NCBI GenBank assembly: GCA_041656935.1
Contig: JBBACQ010000002.1
Span: 27,603-91,602, forward strand
Length of the DNA: 64,000 bases
Direction of reading: 5' to 3'
Origin: Patescibacteria group bacterium
GTDB lineage: Bacteria; Patescibacteriota; Patescibacteriia; Patescibacteriales; UBA12465
Shown: positions 1 to 9,141 of the stretch, in pieces
How the letters are laid out: the number at the start of each line of letters is the position of its first letter
Numbering within the stretch: the stretch's first letter is position 1
Translations under genes and position numbers: made by a program
Notes under the pieces: generated by a model
Told to the model about the DNA's origin: nothing
The model's input: the letters and a program-made list of their open reading frames with translations, nothing else
The model's database searches: none

Positions 1-414
1 CAATTAAATCAATACTGTATTCAAAAAGAAGAAAATGATAAATTAATTTCCTATTTAAATTGTTTTAATCGAACTGAAGATTCTAGTGCTTGTTTAACGG
101 AAAATAAGATCGATAAAAATAAGATAAGTTCTTGTGTCCAGGCCACTGACAAAGAATATAAAATTACTGAAAGCTATAATGATGCTTCGACTTGGTTAGG
201 TGGCACTTACCCAATATTCCCAGTTTTCCAAGCAGATAATGAAAAATATAGCGTTGAGGGATCACCTACTTTAATCATTAATGGAGAAATGGTTTCAGCT
301 AACCGCGATTCTCAAAGTTTATTAAACTTAGCTTGCTCAGGCTTTGTCTCTCCACCAACTGAATGTCAAACTGAGCTATCTAGTGTTGCCCCCAGTTATG
401 GTTTTGGAGAATAA
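1..414 (+). CDS. DsbA-like thioredoxin-fold protein, C-terminal part (5' end outside window)
   Basis: Frame 1 is open from the window edge to TAA at 412-414. It is absent from the ORF track because no start codon lies in the window. The translation ...YPIFPVFQADNEKYSVEGSPTLIINGEMVSANRD... resembles DsbA-family C-termini, and a hairpin terminator follows. Confidence 0.45.
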   Translation, partial: QLNQYCIQKEENDKLISYLNCFNRTEDSSACLTENKIDKNKISSCVQATDKEYKITESYNDASTWLGGTYPIFPVFQADNEKYSVEGSPTLIINGEMVSANRDSQSLLNLACSGFVSPPTECQTELSSVAPSYGFGE

Positions 415-427
415 TCTAAACTCTAAA

Positions 428-459
428 TAAAAAAACTCCGTCAATTGACGGAGTTTTTT
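428..459. terminator. bidirectional Rho-independent terminator
   Basis: A-run, stem CTCCGTC/GACGGAG with AATT loop (436-453), then T-run. Lies between convergent genes. Confidence 0.6.
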
Positions 460-476
460 GTTATCTCTAAATTAAT

Positions 477-1394
477 TTATTTATTTTTCTGTAAACTAGA
501 AAAGATACTATAACTAGCCACGGCGCCCTCGCTACAAGCGGTTATTACCTGACGGAAGAAAGCAGAATTAGTGGTGATATCACCAGCTGACCAAACACCG
601 GCTACATTGGTTTTCTGCTCTTTATCAACAACGATATAGCCTCTATCGGTTTCTACCCCTAACATTTCAGTTAGAAAAGTATCGGGTTCGGTTCCAATTT
701 CTATAAATAATCCATCTAATTTTAAATCGCTAGAACCAGAAACTTCTTGATCTAAAGTAATTGATTCTAATTTATTTTCTCCATTTAATTTAATAATATT
801 GGTATTAAGCAAAACTTCAATTTTTTTATTAGCCATAATATTGTCCACCCATACCATTTCTCCTTTTAATTTATCACCTCGAGCAATTAAATAAACTTTT
901 TGAGCGATCTCTGATAAATACAAAGAAGCGGTAGTAGCACTATTACCTCCTCCCATAACACCAACAATTTTATCTTTGAAAAACATAGCATCACAAGTAG
1001 CACAGTAGGCCACTCCTTTTCCTAAAAATTTCTTTTCTTCCTCTAAGCCTAATTGGCGATGTTTTGTCCCGGTCGCTAATAAAATATTTTTAGCCGATAA
1101 AACTTTTTGTGATTCAAGGGTTAACTCAAAAACATCATTATTTTTTTCAATTTTAGCCACTTTTTCCATACTCATAATTTGTCCACCTAAATCTTCAACG
1201 TGGCTTTTCATTTTTTCCATTAATTCAAAACCGCTAATTTCTTTGTAAGTTGGGAAATTACAAACATTGTGGGCTTCTGATATTAGACCCCCAGGAATTT
1301 CACCTATTACTAAATGATTAATTTTATAACGGGAAGCATAAATTGATGCTGTTAAACCAGCTGGACCAGCACCGATGATTATTAGGTCATACAT
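477..1394 (-). CDS. trxB: thioredoxin-disulfide reductase
   Basis: 305 aa with FAD motif IIGAGPAGLTA, redox-active CATCD, second dinucleotide motif GGGNSA and C-terminal GD motif. Confidence 0.9.
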   Translation of the reverse strand: MYDLIIIGAGPAGLTASIYASRYKINHLVIGEIPGGLISEAHNVCNFPTYKEISGFELMEKMKSHVEDLGGQIMSMEKVAKIEKNNDVFELTLESQKVLSAKNILLATGTKHRQLGLEEEKKFLGKGVAYCATCDAMFFKDKIVGVMGGGNSATTASLYLSEIAQKVYLIARGDKLKGEMVWVDNIMANKKIEVLLNTNIIKLNGENKLESITLDQEVSGSSDLKLDGLFIEIGTEPDTFLTEMLGVETDRGYIVVDKEQKTNVAGVWSAGDITTNSAFFRQVITACSEGAVASYSIFSSLQKNK

Positions 1395-1417
1395 AAAAAG
1401 AGTTAATTAATTATAAT

Positions 1418-2647
1418 TTATTTAATTCTACCACGAAGTTTTTCCGCTTTAATAATTCGACTTAGAGCTAAAATATAAGCTGAAGTTCGAAGATCAATTT
1501 TTTTATCAAACTCTAAATATTTATTATAAACATTATGAAAAGCTTGCACCATTTTATCTTTAAATAATTTAATTAAATAATCTTCATCTAAAATATTTCC
1601 CGTTCTATTTTGACTCCACTCAAAATAACTTACCAAAACACCTCCCGAATTAGCCAAAATATCAGGCACAACAATTATTCCTTTTTCAAATAAAACTTTA
1701 TCAGCTTCATAACTAACCGGACCATTAGCAATTTCAATGATATATTTAGCTTTTATATTTTTAGCATTTTCTTGAGTGATTTGATTTTCTAGGGCTCCTA
1801 AAATTAAAATATCAACTTCGGCTTCTAATAATTCATCATTAGAAATAGCTTGATAATCGGAAAAAGCGGACACAACACCATACTCCTCTTTAAATTTAAT
1901 TAATTCGGTAATATTTATTCCGGCTTGATTATAGATTCCGCCTTTACTATCATTGACGGCTACGATTTCGAAATCACCCTCATACATCATTTTGGCAATA
2001 TTTAAACCAGCATTACCGAAACCTTGAATAGCCACCGTTAATTTTTTATTTTCTATCTCTAAAGTTTTAATTAATTCTTTAATAACAAAATAAGCTCCTT
2101 TAGCGGTAGCATCACTCCGTAAAGCGATACCTCCCAACTCTACAGGCTTACCAGTAATCATTCCCGGTTGATGTTCGCCAATATTTTTTTCATATTGATC
2201 TAGCATCCAGGACATAATTTGAGAATTGGTATAAACATCGGGCGCCGGAATATCTTTATCTTGACCTAAAACTTGATAAAAAGCATCGATATAGGCTCGA
2301 CTAACTTTTTCTAGAAAAGCTTCATCGTGATCTTTAGGATTGAATTGTACTCCTCCCTTAGCTCCACCGTAAGGTAATTCTAATAAGGAATTTTTTAAAC
2401 TCATCCAAAAAGATAAGGACTTAACTTCATCTTCGTTAACCCCCGGATGAAATCTAATTCCACCTTTTCCCGGTCCTAAAGCTTGATTGGAAATAATTCT
2501 CCAAGCAGGAAATTCTTGACCATCAATTTTTAAATTAGCTGAAGAAACTTTTTGTGGTTCTAAAAGATATTTTATTTCCTCATCTTTTAATTTCATTAAA
2601 CTCTTAAGGTCATCGAAGCGATGAACAATGTTTTGAAAAACTGACAT
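1418..2647 (-). CDS. gdh: Glu/Leu/Phe/Val-family dehydrogenase, most likely glutamate dehydrogenase
   Basis: 409 aa with family signature GPGKGGIRFHP and Rossmann motif GFGNAG. Confidence 0.85.
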   Translation of the reverse strand: MSVFQNIVHRFDDLKSLMKLKDEEIKYLLEPQKVSSANLKIDGQEFPAWRIISNQALGPGKGGIRFHPGVNEDEVKSLSFWMSLKNSLLELPYGGAKGGVQFNPKDHDEAFLEKVSRAYIDAFYQVLGQDKDIPAPDVYTNSQIMSWMLDQYEKNIGEHQPGMITGKPVELGGIALRSDATAKGAYFVIKELIKTLEIENKKLTVAIQGFGNAGLNIAKMMYEGDFEIVAVNDSKGGIYNQAGINITELIKFKEEYGVVSAFSDYQAISNDELLEAEVDILILGALENQITQENAKNIKAKYIIEIANGPVSYEADKVLFEKGIIVVPDILANSGGVLVSYFEWSQNRTGNILDEDYLIKLFKDKMVQAFHNVYNKYLEFDKKIDLRTSAYILALSRIIKAEKLRGRIK

Positions 2648-2662
2648 AGTATTATTATTAAA

Positions 2663-2995
2663 TTAATTTAAGTGAGCGCTAATATCATTTTTTAAGGAAT
2701 CTTTAGATCGCATTCCGATGAAATCAGCCAAAACCTTTCCGTCTTTAAATAATTTCATATTAGGAATGCTTTGGATTTCATATTGAGAAGCTAATTCTTG
2801 GTTAGCAACATCTTCAGTATTAACTTTAACAATTTTTACTTTTCCAGCTAGATCTAAGGCTAATTCATCTAAAATTGGAGCCATCATTTTGCAAGGCATA
2901 CACCAAGGAGCCCAAAAATCAACCAACACCGGTATTTTTGATTCTAGGACTTCTGCAGAAAAATTATCTTTATTAATATCTAGAGCTTTACTCAT
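2663..2995 (-). CDS. trxA: thioredoxin
   Basis: 110 aa with active site WAPWCMPCK (WCxPC). Confidence 0.9.
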   Translation of the reverse strand: MSKALDINKDNFSAEVLESKIPVLVDFWAPWCMPCKMMAPILDELALDLAGKVKIVKVNTEDVANQELASQYEIQSIPNMKLFKDGKVLADFIGMRSKDSLKNDISAHLN

Positions 2996-3065
2996 AAATT
3001 TATTTCCTATTTAAAATATTTTTTATTAATCAATAAAAAAATTATTAAAAATAAGACTTAATTAA

Positions 3066-3308
3066 TTATTTTTTTAAAATTTCTGAAAAGATTTTTTTTA
3101 TTTTCCCTTTATTACTAGGACCTTCTTTTAAAAAGCAAGAATTAAATTCTTCCTCTAAAACTTTGTCCATTAAAGAAGACACACTAGATTTAACGGCTTT
3201 TAATTGGATAACGGAATCAAAACAATTTTTTTCTTTTTGTTTTAACATTTTTTTAATTCCTTCCAACTGGCCTATTATTATATTAATTCTTTGCTCAGTG
3301 TTTCTCAT
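3066..3308 (-). CDS. CsoR/RcnR/FrmR-family metal-sensing transcriptional repressor
   Basis: Core RINIIIGQLEGIKKMLKQKEKNCFDSVIQLKAVKSSVSSL is typical of the DUF156/CsoR family. Start moved to the ATG at 3306-3308 (M25 of the track ORF) because the upstream extension covers the operator-like palindrome. Confidence 0.75.
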   Translation of the reverse strand: MRNTEQRINIIIGQLEGIKKMLKQKEKNCFDSVIQLKAVKSSVSSLMDKVLEEEFNSCFLKEGPSNKGKIKKIFSEILKK

Positions 3309-3361
3309 AATTTTTAATGTTTTAATAATAACATAATTTTTTATATTTCTATAATAGCATA

Positions 3362-3376
3362 TACCCCCTAAGGGTG
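3362..3376. promoter_or_regulatory. candidate CsoR-type operator (TACCC-N5-GGGTG)
   Basis: GC-rich near-palindrome TACCCCCTAAGGGTG in the AT-rich divergent region between the csoR-like gene and purL. Confidence 0.45.
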
Positions 3377-3490
3377 TCAAATGATTTTACCAATTGACTT
3401 TTTATCGCTAATAAGTTAATTTAATATGATTACTTTTTGGTAATTATACGATCTTTAAAAATTAAATTAGACAAAATAAAAGGAGAAATC

Positions 3491-6400
3491 ATGATTAATC
3501 GCTATTATCGCTTGTTAAACCCTCAATTAGAACTATGCTTCAATGTTGAGGTGACCTCTCCGTTATCAGATAACGAAGAGTTGGTCTTATTCTGGTTACT
3601 TGCTGAAACTTTCCAAAAAGAAGATTTCGGAAAAGAATCAATGTTAAAATCAGGGAAAATCTTGGAAATTGGTCCCCGACTAAGTTTCGCCACCCCTTGG
3701 AACACTAATGCTTTAAGCATTCTCAAGGAATGTGGATTAAATAAAGTCGTTCGGATTGAAAAATCAAGGCGCTTATTAAATCCCGTTTCGCAGTCAGAAA
3801 ATTTGACCGATTTATATGATCAAATGACTGAATGTATCTGGGATAAAATCCCGGAAAGCTTCTTATCAATTGAAGAACCAAAACCGGTTCTCCAATTACC
3901 CTTATTAGAAAAAGGAATAGAAGTTTTTTCGGAAATTCCAGATTTTAAAGCCATGGATGATTTTGATCGTCAATTTTACTATGACTATTTTGTAGGTGAA
4001 TTAAATCGTAATCCGACTTTTGTTGAGATTATGGATTTAAACAATGCCAACAGTGAACATTCCCGCCATGGTTATTTCAGGGGTAAGCAAATTATTGATG
4101 GAAAATTGATGCCAGAAACTTTAATGGAGATTGTAAAATCAACTTTAAAAGGAAAAAATGAAAAAGGAAGTTTAGTCGCCTTCAAGGACAATTCCAGCGT
4201 CATTATGGCTTACGATTACATCAAAACTTTGATTCCCCAGAAACCCGGTAAAATTTCCAACTTCGTTTTAAAATCACTCCTGTATCATCTCTCATTTACG
4301 GCTGAAACTCACAACTTCCCTTCCGGGATAGCTCCTTTTCCAGGAGCTGAAACTGGAGGTGGAGGACGAATACGTGATGGTCAAGCTGTCGGAATTGGTG
4401 GATTGATAATAGCCGGAACCGCTGGCTATTGTGTCGGGAATTTAGGTTTACCATTTTGTTTATGGGAAAAGAAGGGAGCAAATCCAAAAAATTTGGCTTC
4501 CCCCTTAGACATATTGATTGGAGCTTCTAATGGAGCTTCCGATTATGGGAATAAATTTGGTGAACCCTTAATCTCTGGCTTTGTCCGAACTAGTGCTCTA
4601 ACCGTTAACAACGAAAGACGGGAATGGTTAAAGCCGATAATGTTTACTGGAGGAATTGGACAAATTGATCGCTGGCATTTAGAAAAAATGACACCGCAAG
4701 AAGGAATGCTAATTATCCAAATTGGTGGACCCGCTTATCGTATCGGCTTTGGAGGTGGAAGTGCCTCTTCTCTCATGCAAGGAGAGAATAAATCTGATTT
4801 AGATTTTAATGCCGTTCAAAGAGGAGATGCTGAAATGGAGCAGAAAATGAATCGTGTTATTCGAGCCTGTGTTGAAATGGGAAAGAACAATCCCATTATC
4901 AGTTTGCATGATCAAGGAGCTGGTGGACCGGCTAATGTCTTAAAGGAATTAGTTGAGAAAACTGGTGGTCGAATTGATATTCGTAAAATTCAAGTTGGTG
5001 ATCCGACTATGTCGGTTTTAGAAATTTGGGTTTGCGAATATCAAGAAAGACTTGGCCTAGTGATTGATCCTTCTGACCTAAAAATTTTCCAAAAAATTTG
5101 TAAAAGAGAAAGGGTTAATTGCGAAGTATTAGGTGAGGTTACGGGAGATGGCTATTTTATTGTAGAAGACAGTCAAGCTGGGGCTCTAAATCCTGAACCA
5201 GTGAGAATGGATTTAGCTAAAGTTTTAGGTGGAATGCCACAAAAAACTTTTTCATCAGAAACGATCGTTCCAGAACTCTATCCTCTAATAATTCCGGAAG
5301 GAATTGTTCTTGGTGAAATATTATCCAGAGTTCTAAAACTCCCTTCGGTTGGAAGTAAAAGATTTTTAACCAACAAGGTTGACCGTAGTGTTACGGGGCT
5401 CGTTGCCCAACAGCAATGTTGTGGTCCTTTCCAATTACCAGTGTCTGATTATGCTATGGTGTCTCAAAGCCATTTTCCAGATGAAAGAGGAAAATATTCT
5501 GGAGCTGTCACCAGCATCGGAGAGCAACCTATAAAAATGTTAGTTGATCCATCAGCTGGTGCTCGTATGGCCGTAGCTGAAGCTTTTACTAATATGATGT
5601 TTGCTCAAATTTGTTGGCCCAATACTATCAAATGCTCAGCTAACTGGATGGGGGCACCAAAATTGCCCGGAGAAGGAGCTAAGATGTATTCAGCCGCTTC
5701 AGCTATGAGAGATCTAATGCTAAAGTTGGGTATGGCAGTTGATGGTGGAAAAGACAGTTTATCAATGGCGACCAAAGTCTTTAATCACGATGAGAATAAG
5801 GAAGAGTTGGTAAAATCACCTTTGCAATTGGTTATTTCAGCTTACGCTCCAACAGCCGATATCACGAAGAAAGTCTCTCCCGATATTAAAGAATCGGGAA
5901 ATCACCTAGTCTTTATTGATTTGGCTAATGGGAAAAAGCGTTTAGGTGGATCGGCCTTAGCTCAGGTTTTTGGACAGATAGGAAATGATTGCCCGGACGT
6001 GGAAGACCCCGAATTACTGGTAAAAACAAAGGAAATTGTTAATATTCTCCTAGAGAATAATTTAATCGTTTCTGGCCATGATATCAGTGATGGTGGGTTG
6101 ATTGTTTCTCTTTTAGAGATGGCTTTTTCTGGGAATTCTGGATTTATTATTCATCTACCTGAAAAAAAAGACGAAATTTTTAGTCGTCTTTTCAGTGAAG
6201 AACTGGGCTTAATAATTGAGATAAGCGAACGAACTTTTGAAATAGCTAAAGCATTTTTTTCTGTCGAAAAGATTCCTTTCATTCCAATCGGTTTTACCGG
6301 ACCAAAAGATGTTTTCATCTTTGGCGGTGACAGTGAACTTGTCTTTTCATCTCATTTACAAAATCTTTTTTCTGACTGGGATACTCCTTCTTATGAATTG

Positions 6401-7312
6401 GAAAAGTTTCAAACCAACCTGAAATGCGTAGAAGAAGAAAGGCAACACATTAATTTTTCTAAATCTGGTATTTCTTACGACTTTCACAAAGTCGAAAAAC
6501 CGGTTTCCAGAGATGACTGTTCTCCTAAAGTAGCAATTCTTCGTTCAGAGGGCAGTAATGGTGATCGTGAGATGACCAGCGCTTTCTATCTGGCTGGATT
6601 TGATCCTTATGATGTTCATTTATCTGATTTGCTCTCGGGCAAAACAGATCTAAGTGATTATCAAGGGATCGCTTTTGTGGGAGGTTTTAGTTATGCTGAT
6701 GTTCTGGATTCGGCTAAGGGTTGGGCTGGTATTATAAAGTTTAATGAACGTTTAAGTAGAATGTTTGCTGATTTTTATAATCGCCCTGATACTTTTTCTT
6801 TTGGTGTTTGTAATGGCTGTCAATTAGCAACTCTTTTGGGTTGGGTTCCCTTTGACGATATCATTGATTCTTATCAACCTCGTTTTATCAAAAATACTAG
6901 CGGGCGGTTTGAATCTCGTTGGTCACGGGTGGCTATTTTTAATAGCCCCTCTATAATGTTAAAGGGGATGGAACACCAAGTATTGGGAGTTTGGTCAGCT
7001 CATGGAGAGGGACGATTTTTTGCCGACAAAGAAGTTCTACAAGAAATTCTTGCTCAAAACTTGGCTCCAATCATGTATGTTGACTGGGAAGGTGCAATTA
7101 CTGAAGAATATCCCTTTAATCCCAATGGTTCAGCCCTGGGAATAGCTGGGATATGTGACCCAACAGGACGTCATTTAGCTATGATGCCTCATCCGGAAAG
7201 ATCTTTCTTGAACTGGCAATGGCCATACAAGAATGGTCTTCCAGAAAATGGAGTGTCTCCTTGGCTAACGATGTTTATCAACGCCAGAGAGTGGTGTGAG
7301 AGAAACAGATAA
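3491..7312 (+). CDS. purL: phosphoribosylformylglycinamidine (FGAM) synthase, single-chain large form
   Basis: About 1270 aa with FGAM synthetase domains and a C-terminal glutaminase (GVCNGCQ nucleophile region, HPER motif). ATG at 3491 is preceded by AAAGGAG; the track start at 3437 is a TTG. Confidence 0.9.
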   Translation: MINRYYRLLNPQLELCFNVEVTSPLSDNEELVLFWLLAETFQKEDFGKESMLKSGKILEIGPRLSFATPWNTNALSILKECGLNKVVRIEKSRRLLNPVSQSENLTDLYDQMTECIWDKIPESFLSIEEPKPVLQLPLLEKGIEVFSEIPDFKAMDDFDRQFYYDYFVGELNRNPTFVEIMDLNNANSEHSRHGYFRGKQIIDGKLMPETLMEIVKSTLKGKNEKGSLVAFKDNSSVIMAYDYIKTLIPQKPGKISNFVLKSLLYHLSFTAETHNFPSGIAPFPGAETGGGGRIRDGQAVGIGGLIIAGTAGYCVGNLGLPFCLWEKKGANPKNLASPLDILIGASNGASDYGNKFGEPLISGFVRTSALTVNNERREWLKPIMFTGGIGQIDRWHLEKMTPQEGMLIIQIGGPAYRIGFGGGSASSLMQGENKSDLDFNAVQRGDAEMEQKMNRVIRACVEMGKNNPIISLHDQGAGGPANVLKELVEKTGGRIDIRKIQVGDPTMSVLEIWVCEYQERLGLVIDPSDLKIFQKICKRERVNCEVLGEVTGDGYFIVEDSQAGALNPEPVRMDLAKVLGGMPQKTFSSETIVPELYPLIIPEGIVLGEILSRVLKLPSVGSKRFLTNKVDRSVTGLVAQQQCCGPFQLPVSDYAMVSQSHFPDERGKYSGAVTSIGEQPIKMLVDPSAGARMAVAEAFTNMMFAQICWPNTIKCSANWMGAPKLPGEGAKMYSAASAMRDLMLKLGMAVDGGKDSLSMATKVFNHDENKEELVKSPLQLVISAYAPTADITKKVSPDIKESGNHLVFIDLANGKKRLGGSALAQVFGQIGNDCPDVEDPELLVKTKEIVNILLENNLIVSGHDISDGGLIVSLLEMAFSGNSGFIIHLPEKKDEIFSRLFSEELGLIIEISERTFEIAKAFFSVEKIPFIPIGFTGPKDVFIFGGDSELVFSSHLQNLFSDWDTPSYELEKFQTNLKCVEEERQHINFSKSGISYDFHKVEKPVSRDDCSPKVAILRSEGSNGDREMTSAFYLAGFDPYDVHLSDLLSGKTDLSDYQGIAFVGGFSYADVLDSAKGWAGIIKFNERLSRMFADFYNRPDTFSFGVCNGCQLATLLGWVPFDDIIDSYQPRFIKNTSGRFESRWSRVAIFNSPSIMLKGMEHQVLGVWSAHGEGRFFADKEVLQEILAQNLAPIMYVDWEGAITEEYPFNPNGSALGIAGICDPTGRHLAMMPHPERSFLNWQWPYKNGLPENGVSPWLTMFINAREWCERNR

Positions 7313-7319
7313 CAACAAT

Positions 7320-7345
7320 AAACCCGATTACGATCGGGTTTTTTT
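7320..7345 (+). terminator. Rho-independent terminator of purL
   Basis: Stem ACCCGAT/ATCGGGT with TACG loop, followed by T7. Confidence 0.7.
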
Positions 7346-7399
7346 AATTGAGGGAATGATGCTTTTAATATTGGAGTTAATATTTGTTTTTAATAAAAA

Positions 7400-8011
7400 T
7401 TATTCAATAATTATTACCTCGCCATCTCGTAAAGTTTTGAAAGAAAAATTATTTTTTTTACAAAATTTTATTTCTTTATCTATATCCGCAGATTCAGGGT
7501 GATCTGATTTGTAATGAGGAAAAATTATATAATCTAAAATACCTAAACCATCCCAAATAACTTCTTTTAATTCTTCATAAGGAAAAATATCTGGTCTATC
7601 AACTTGTTGGAGAACCTTAAGAGTTGGGGCTAAAATGCAAATTCCAGCGCTATAACCACCATAAAAAAAATCATCTCTATTTATACTTTTAATAATATCA
7701 TCGAAGCCACTGAGTTTCATTGCTTGGCGTAAAACAAAGGTATTCCCTCCCCGAACCCAGACGCCATCAAGAAGATCAATTTTTTTCTTTAATTCTTCTT
7801 TTTTTCCAAAATAGTTTTTGAGATCAAGCATTTGAACATCAATTCCTAAATCAACTAGGTCTTTCAAATTTTTAAAATTGCTTTCTCCTCTTGCTTCTGA
7901 TTCAACGTAATCTAAAGCGTTTGGGATATATCCAATTTTCTTATTAAGAGTTAGTTCTTTTAGTTTATCAGTTTTTGGTCCGATTTTGTAGGAGGAGAGA
8001 TAAAATTTCAT
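7400..8011 (-). CDS. peptidase E-like (S51 family) protein
   Basis: 203 aa. ...VWVRGGNTFVLRQAMKLSGFDDII...GGYSAGICILAP... matches the S51 dipeptidase E layout. Confidence 0.7.
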   Translation of the reverse strand: MKFYLSSYKIGPKTDKLKELTLNKKIGYIPNALDYVESEARGESNFKNLKDLVDLGIDVQMLDLKNYFGKKEELKKKIDLLDGVWVRGGNTFVLRQAMKLSGFDDIIKSINRDDFFYGGYSAGICILAPTLKVLQQVDRPDIFPYEELKEVIWDGLGILDYIIFPHYKSDHPESADIDKEIKFCKKNNFSFKTLRDGEVIIIE

Positions 8012-8131
8012 ATTTAATTTTAAGTTTAATAATTTTAATAATAGAAATAGCTTAAATAACGTTTATCTATGTTACTTAAAGATTAGTTAAAGTTTAAAAT
8101 GTTTTTTTAAGATAAGGGCAAAAATGCATTT

Positions 8132-8234
8132 CATATAACGTTCGCTGATATCTGACGTTTTGCCACTTCCTTTAAAAATCAATTTAGTGTGGCAAAATGT
8201 GGCTTTAGCCCTTGCAGATATCAGCTGTTGTGTG
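8132..8234 (-). other. attC-like imperfect-palindrome site, copy 1
   Basis: CATATAAC-GTTC-GCTGATATCTG...CAGATATCAGC-T-GTTGTGTG with inner stem TTTTGCCAC/GTGGCAAAA. Lies directly 3' of the nucleotidyltransferase stop codon. The structured repeat is certain; function as a recombination site is inference. Confidence 0.6.
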
Positions 8235-8287
8235 TCCCGAAGGGTCGGAGCGAAGCGGAGAAGTTGGTTTCTCTGGCGTCGTGATTA

Positions 8288-9058
8288 TTAAGTAGGACTT
8301 TTGATTTTCCAGCCATCAATATTAAATCCTCCCATTTTTTCAAGAACATGATTTGTTGCTATTTTATATTCATTCATCATTTTTGACTTATCTTTTAGGT
8401 TGATGGCTGAGACAATCATTTTAACAAATTTTTCATCTGGGAAATTGCTTACAAGATACTTTTTCTTGTCTTTTTCGTTTACTAGAAAACGTCTTAATTT
8501 ATGAATAGGTATTGAATCAAATTGCAAAAATTTCGCATAAGTTTCAAATAAATCATTCAAACAATTATAGAAAACAAAAAAGAATTCTTCCGACTTTGAA
8601 TCAAAAACTTCTTCTAAATTATCACACATATCCCAAATGTGGTATTTTGCTATTTCAATTTGGATCTTATTTTGCTTCGGATTTTTCTTTTGCAAATACT
8701 TTTTGGAATATTTAACAAGTTCTTTTAATTCGCCTGTTTTATCAAAAAGTATTTTTCCAGTACAGAACATGTGAGCGTTTATCTTTCTTCTTGATTTCAG
8801 ATCTTCTTCCAAGTATTGATGATGTCTTTTTGTTGGATTAGCGAAATATTCGATCAAAATACCATCGATAATTTCATTACCTCTTTCTCTCCAGGAAGTT
8901 TTTGCATCTAAAAGGATATGAATATCAATATCTGAATGATTACTAGGATTTCCAGTGATATAGCTACCGCAAACAATAGCCCCAATTACTTCTTTTTTGT
9001 TTTCCCATTTTTTGAGAAATTTTTGTAGGGCAATTCCCCAGTTTTCTTGTTTTTTCAT
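8288..9058 (-). CDS. nucleotidyltransferase-domain protein (Pol-beta superfamily, KNTase/ANT-like)
   Basis: 256 aa with N-terminal motif GSYITGNPSNHSDIDIHILLD (GS-X-D-X-D) and a helical C-terminal domain. Confidence 0.75.
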   Translation of the reverse strand: MKKQENWGIALQKFLKKWENKKEVIGAIVCGSYITGNPSNHSDIDIHILLDAKTSWRERGNEIIDGILIEYFANPTKRHHQYLEEDLKSRRKINAHMFCTGKILFDKTGELKELVKYSKKYLQKKNPKQNKIQIEIAKYHIWDMCDNLEEVFDSKSEEFFFVFYNCLNDLFETYAKFLQFDSIPIHKLRRFLVNEKDKKKYLVSNFPDEKFVKMIVSAINLKDKSKMMNEYKIATNHVLEKMGGFNIDGWKIKSPT

Positions 9059-9100
9059 AAGTCCTGCTTTTAATAAGATAAAACGTTGTTTTCTATTCTA

Positions 9101-9141
9101 GCCAGAGAAACCAATTACACACAACTGTTTATTATACGAAC
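9101..9141 (-). repeat. 5' boundary of the nucleotidyltransferase module
   Basis: GCCAGAGAAACCAA (9101-9114) is the reverse complement of 8264-8277. CACACAAC (9118-9125) complements GTTGTGTG at 8227-8234. CTGTTTATTATACGAAC (9125-9141) matches 30824-30840 at 16/17 positions. Confidence 0.7.

Noticed and set aside
3309-3380. N-terminal extension of the CsoR-like ORF; similar extensions at purL 3437, tsaD 11783, rpoB 42570, atpF 55547, higB 50014 and the cytidylyltransferase 46716
   Set aside because: The extensions start at TTG or GTG or lack a ribosome-binding site. They encode low-complexity or hydrophobic junk, overlap regulatory motifs, and an internal ATG with better context matches the conserved protein N-terminus.
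3523-4487. Antisense or alternate-frame ORFs inside purL. The same class occurs inside ychF, valS, pheT, rpoB, rpoC, dnaJ, dnaK, atp genes, topA, ftsZ and the VanW gene (for example 9555-9890, 14249-14629, 20432-20632, 23590-23889, 25303-25614, 35654-35878, 40760-41002, 51310-51579, 58332-58847, 63096-63815)
   Set aside because: They are fully nested in strongly supported conserved genes on the opposite strand or in another frame, their translations are low-complexity, and they have no independent signals.
7296-7502. 68-aa + strand ORF after purL
   Set aside because: It crosses the purL terminator and the antisense 3' end of the peptidase E-like gene.
8132-8234. The hairpin elements as simple Rho-independent terminators or MITEs
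   Set aside because: No T-run follows the stem in gene sense. The arms show compensatory rather than identical changes, and no target-site duplications are evident. The distant 5'-end complementarity is explained by neither model. A 3' UTR RNA role is not fully excluded.
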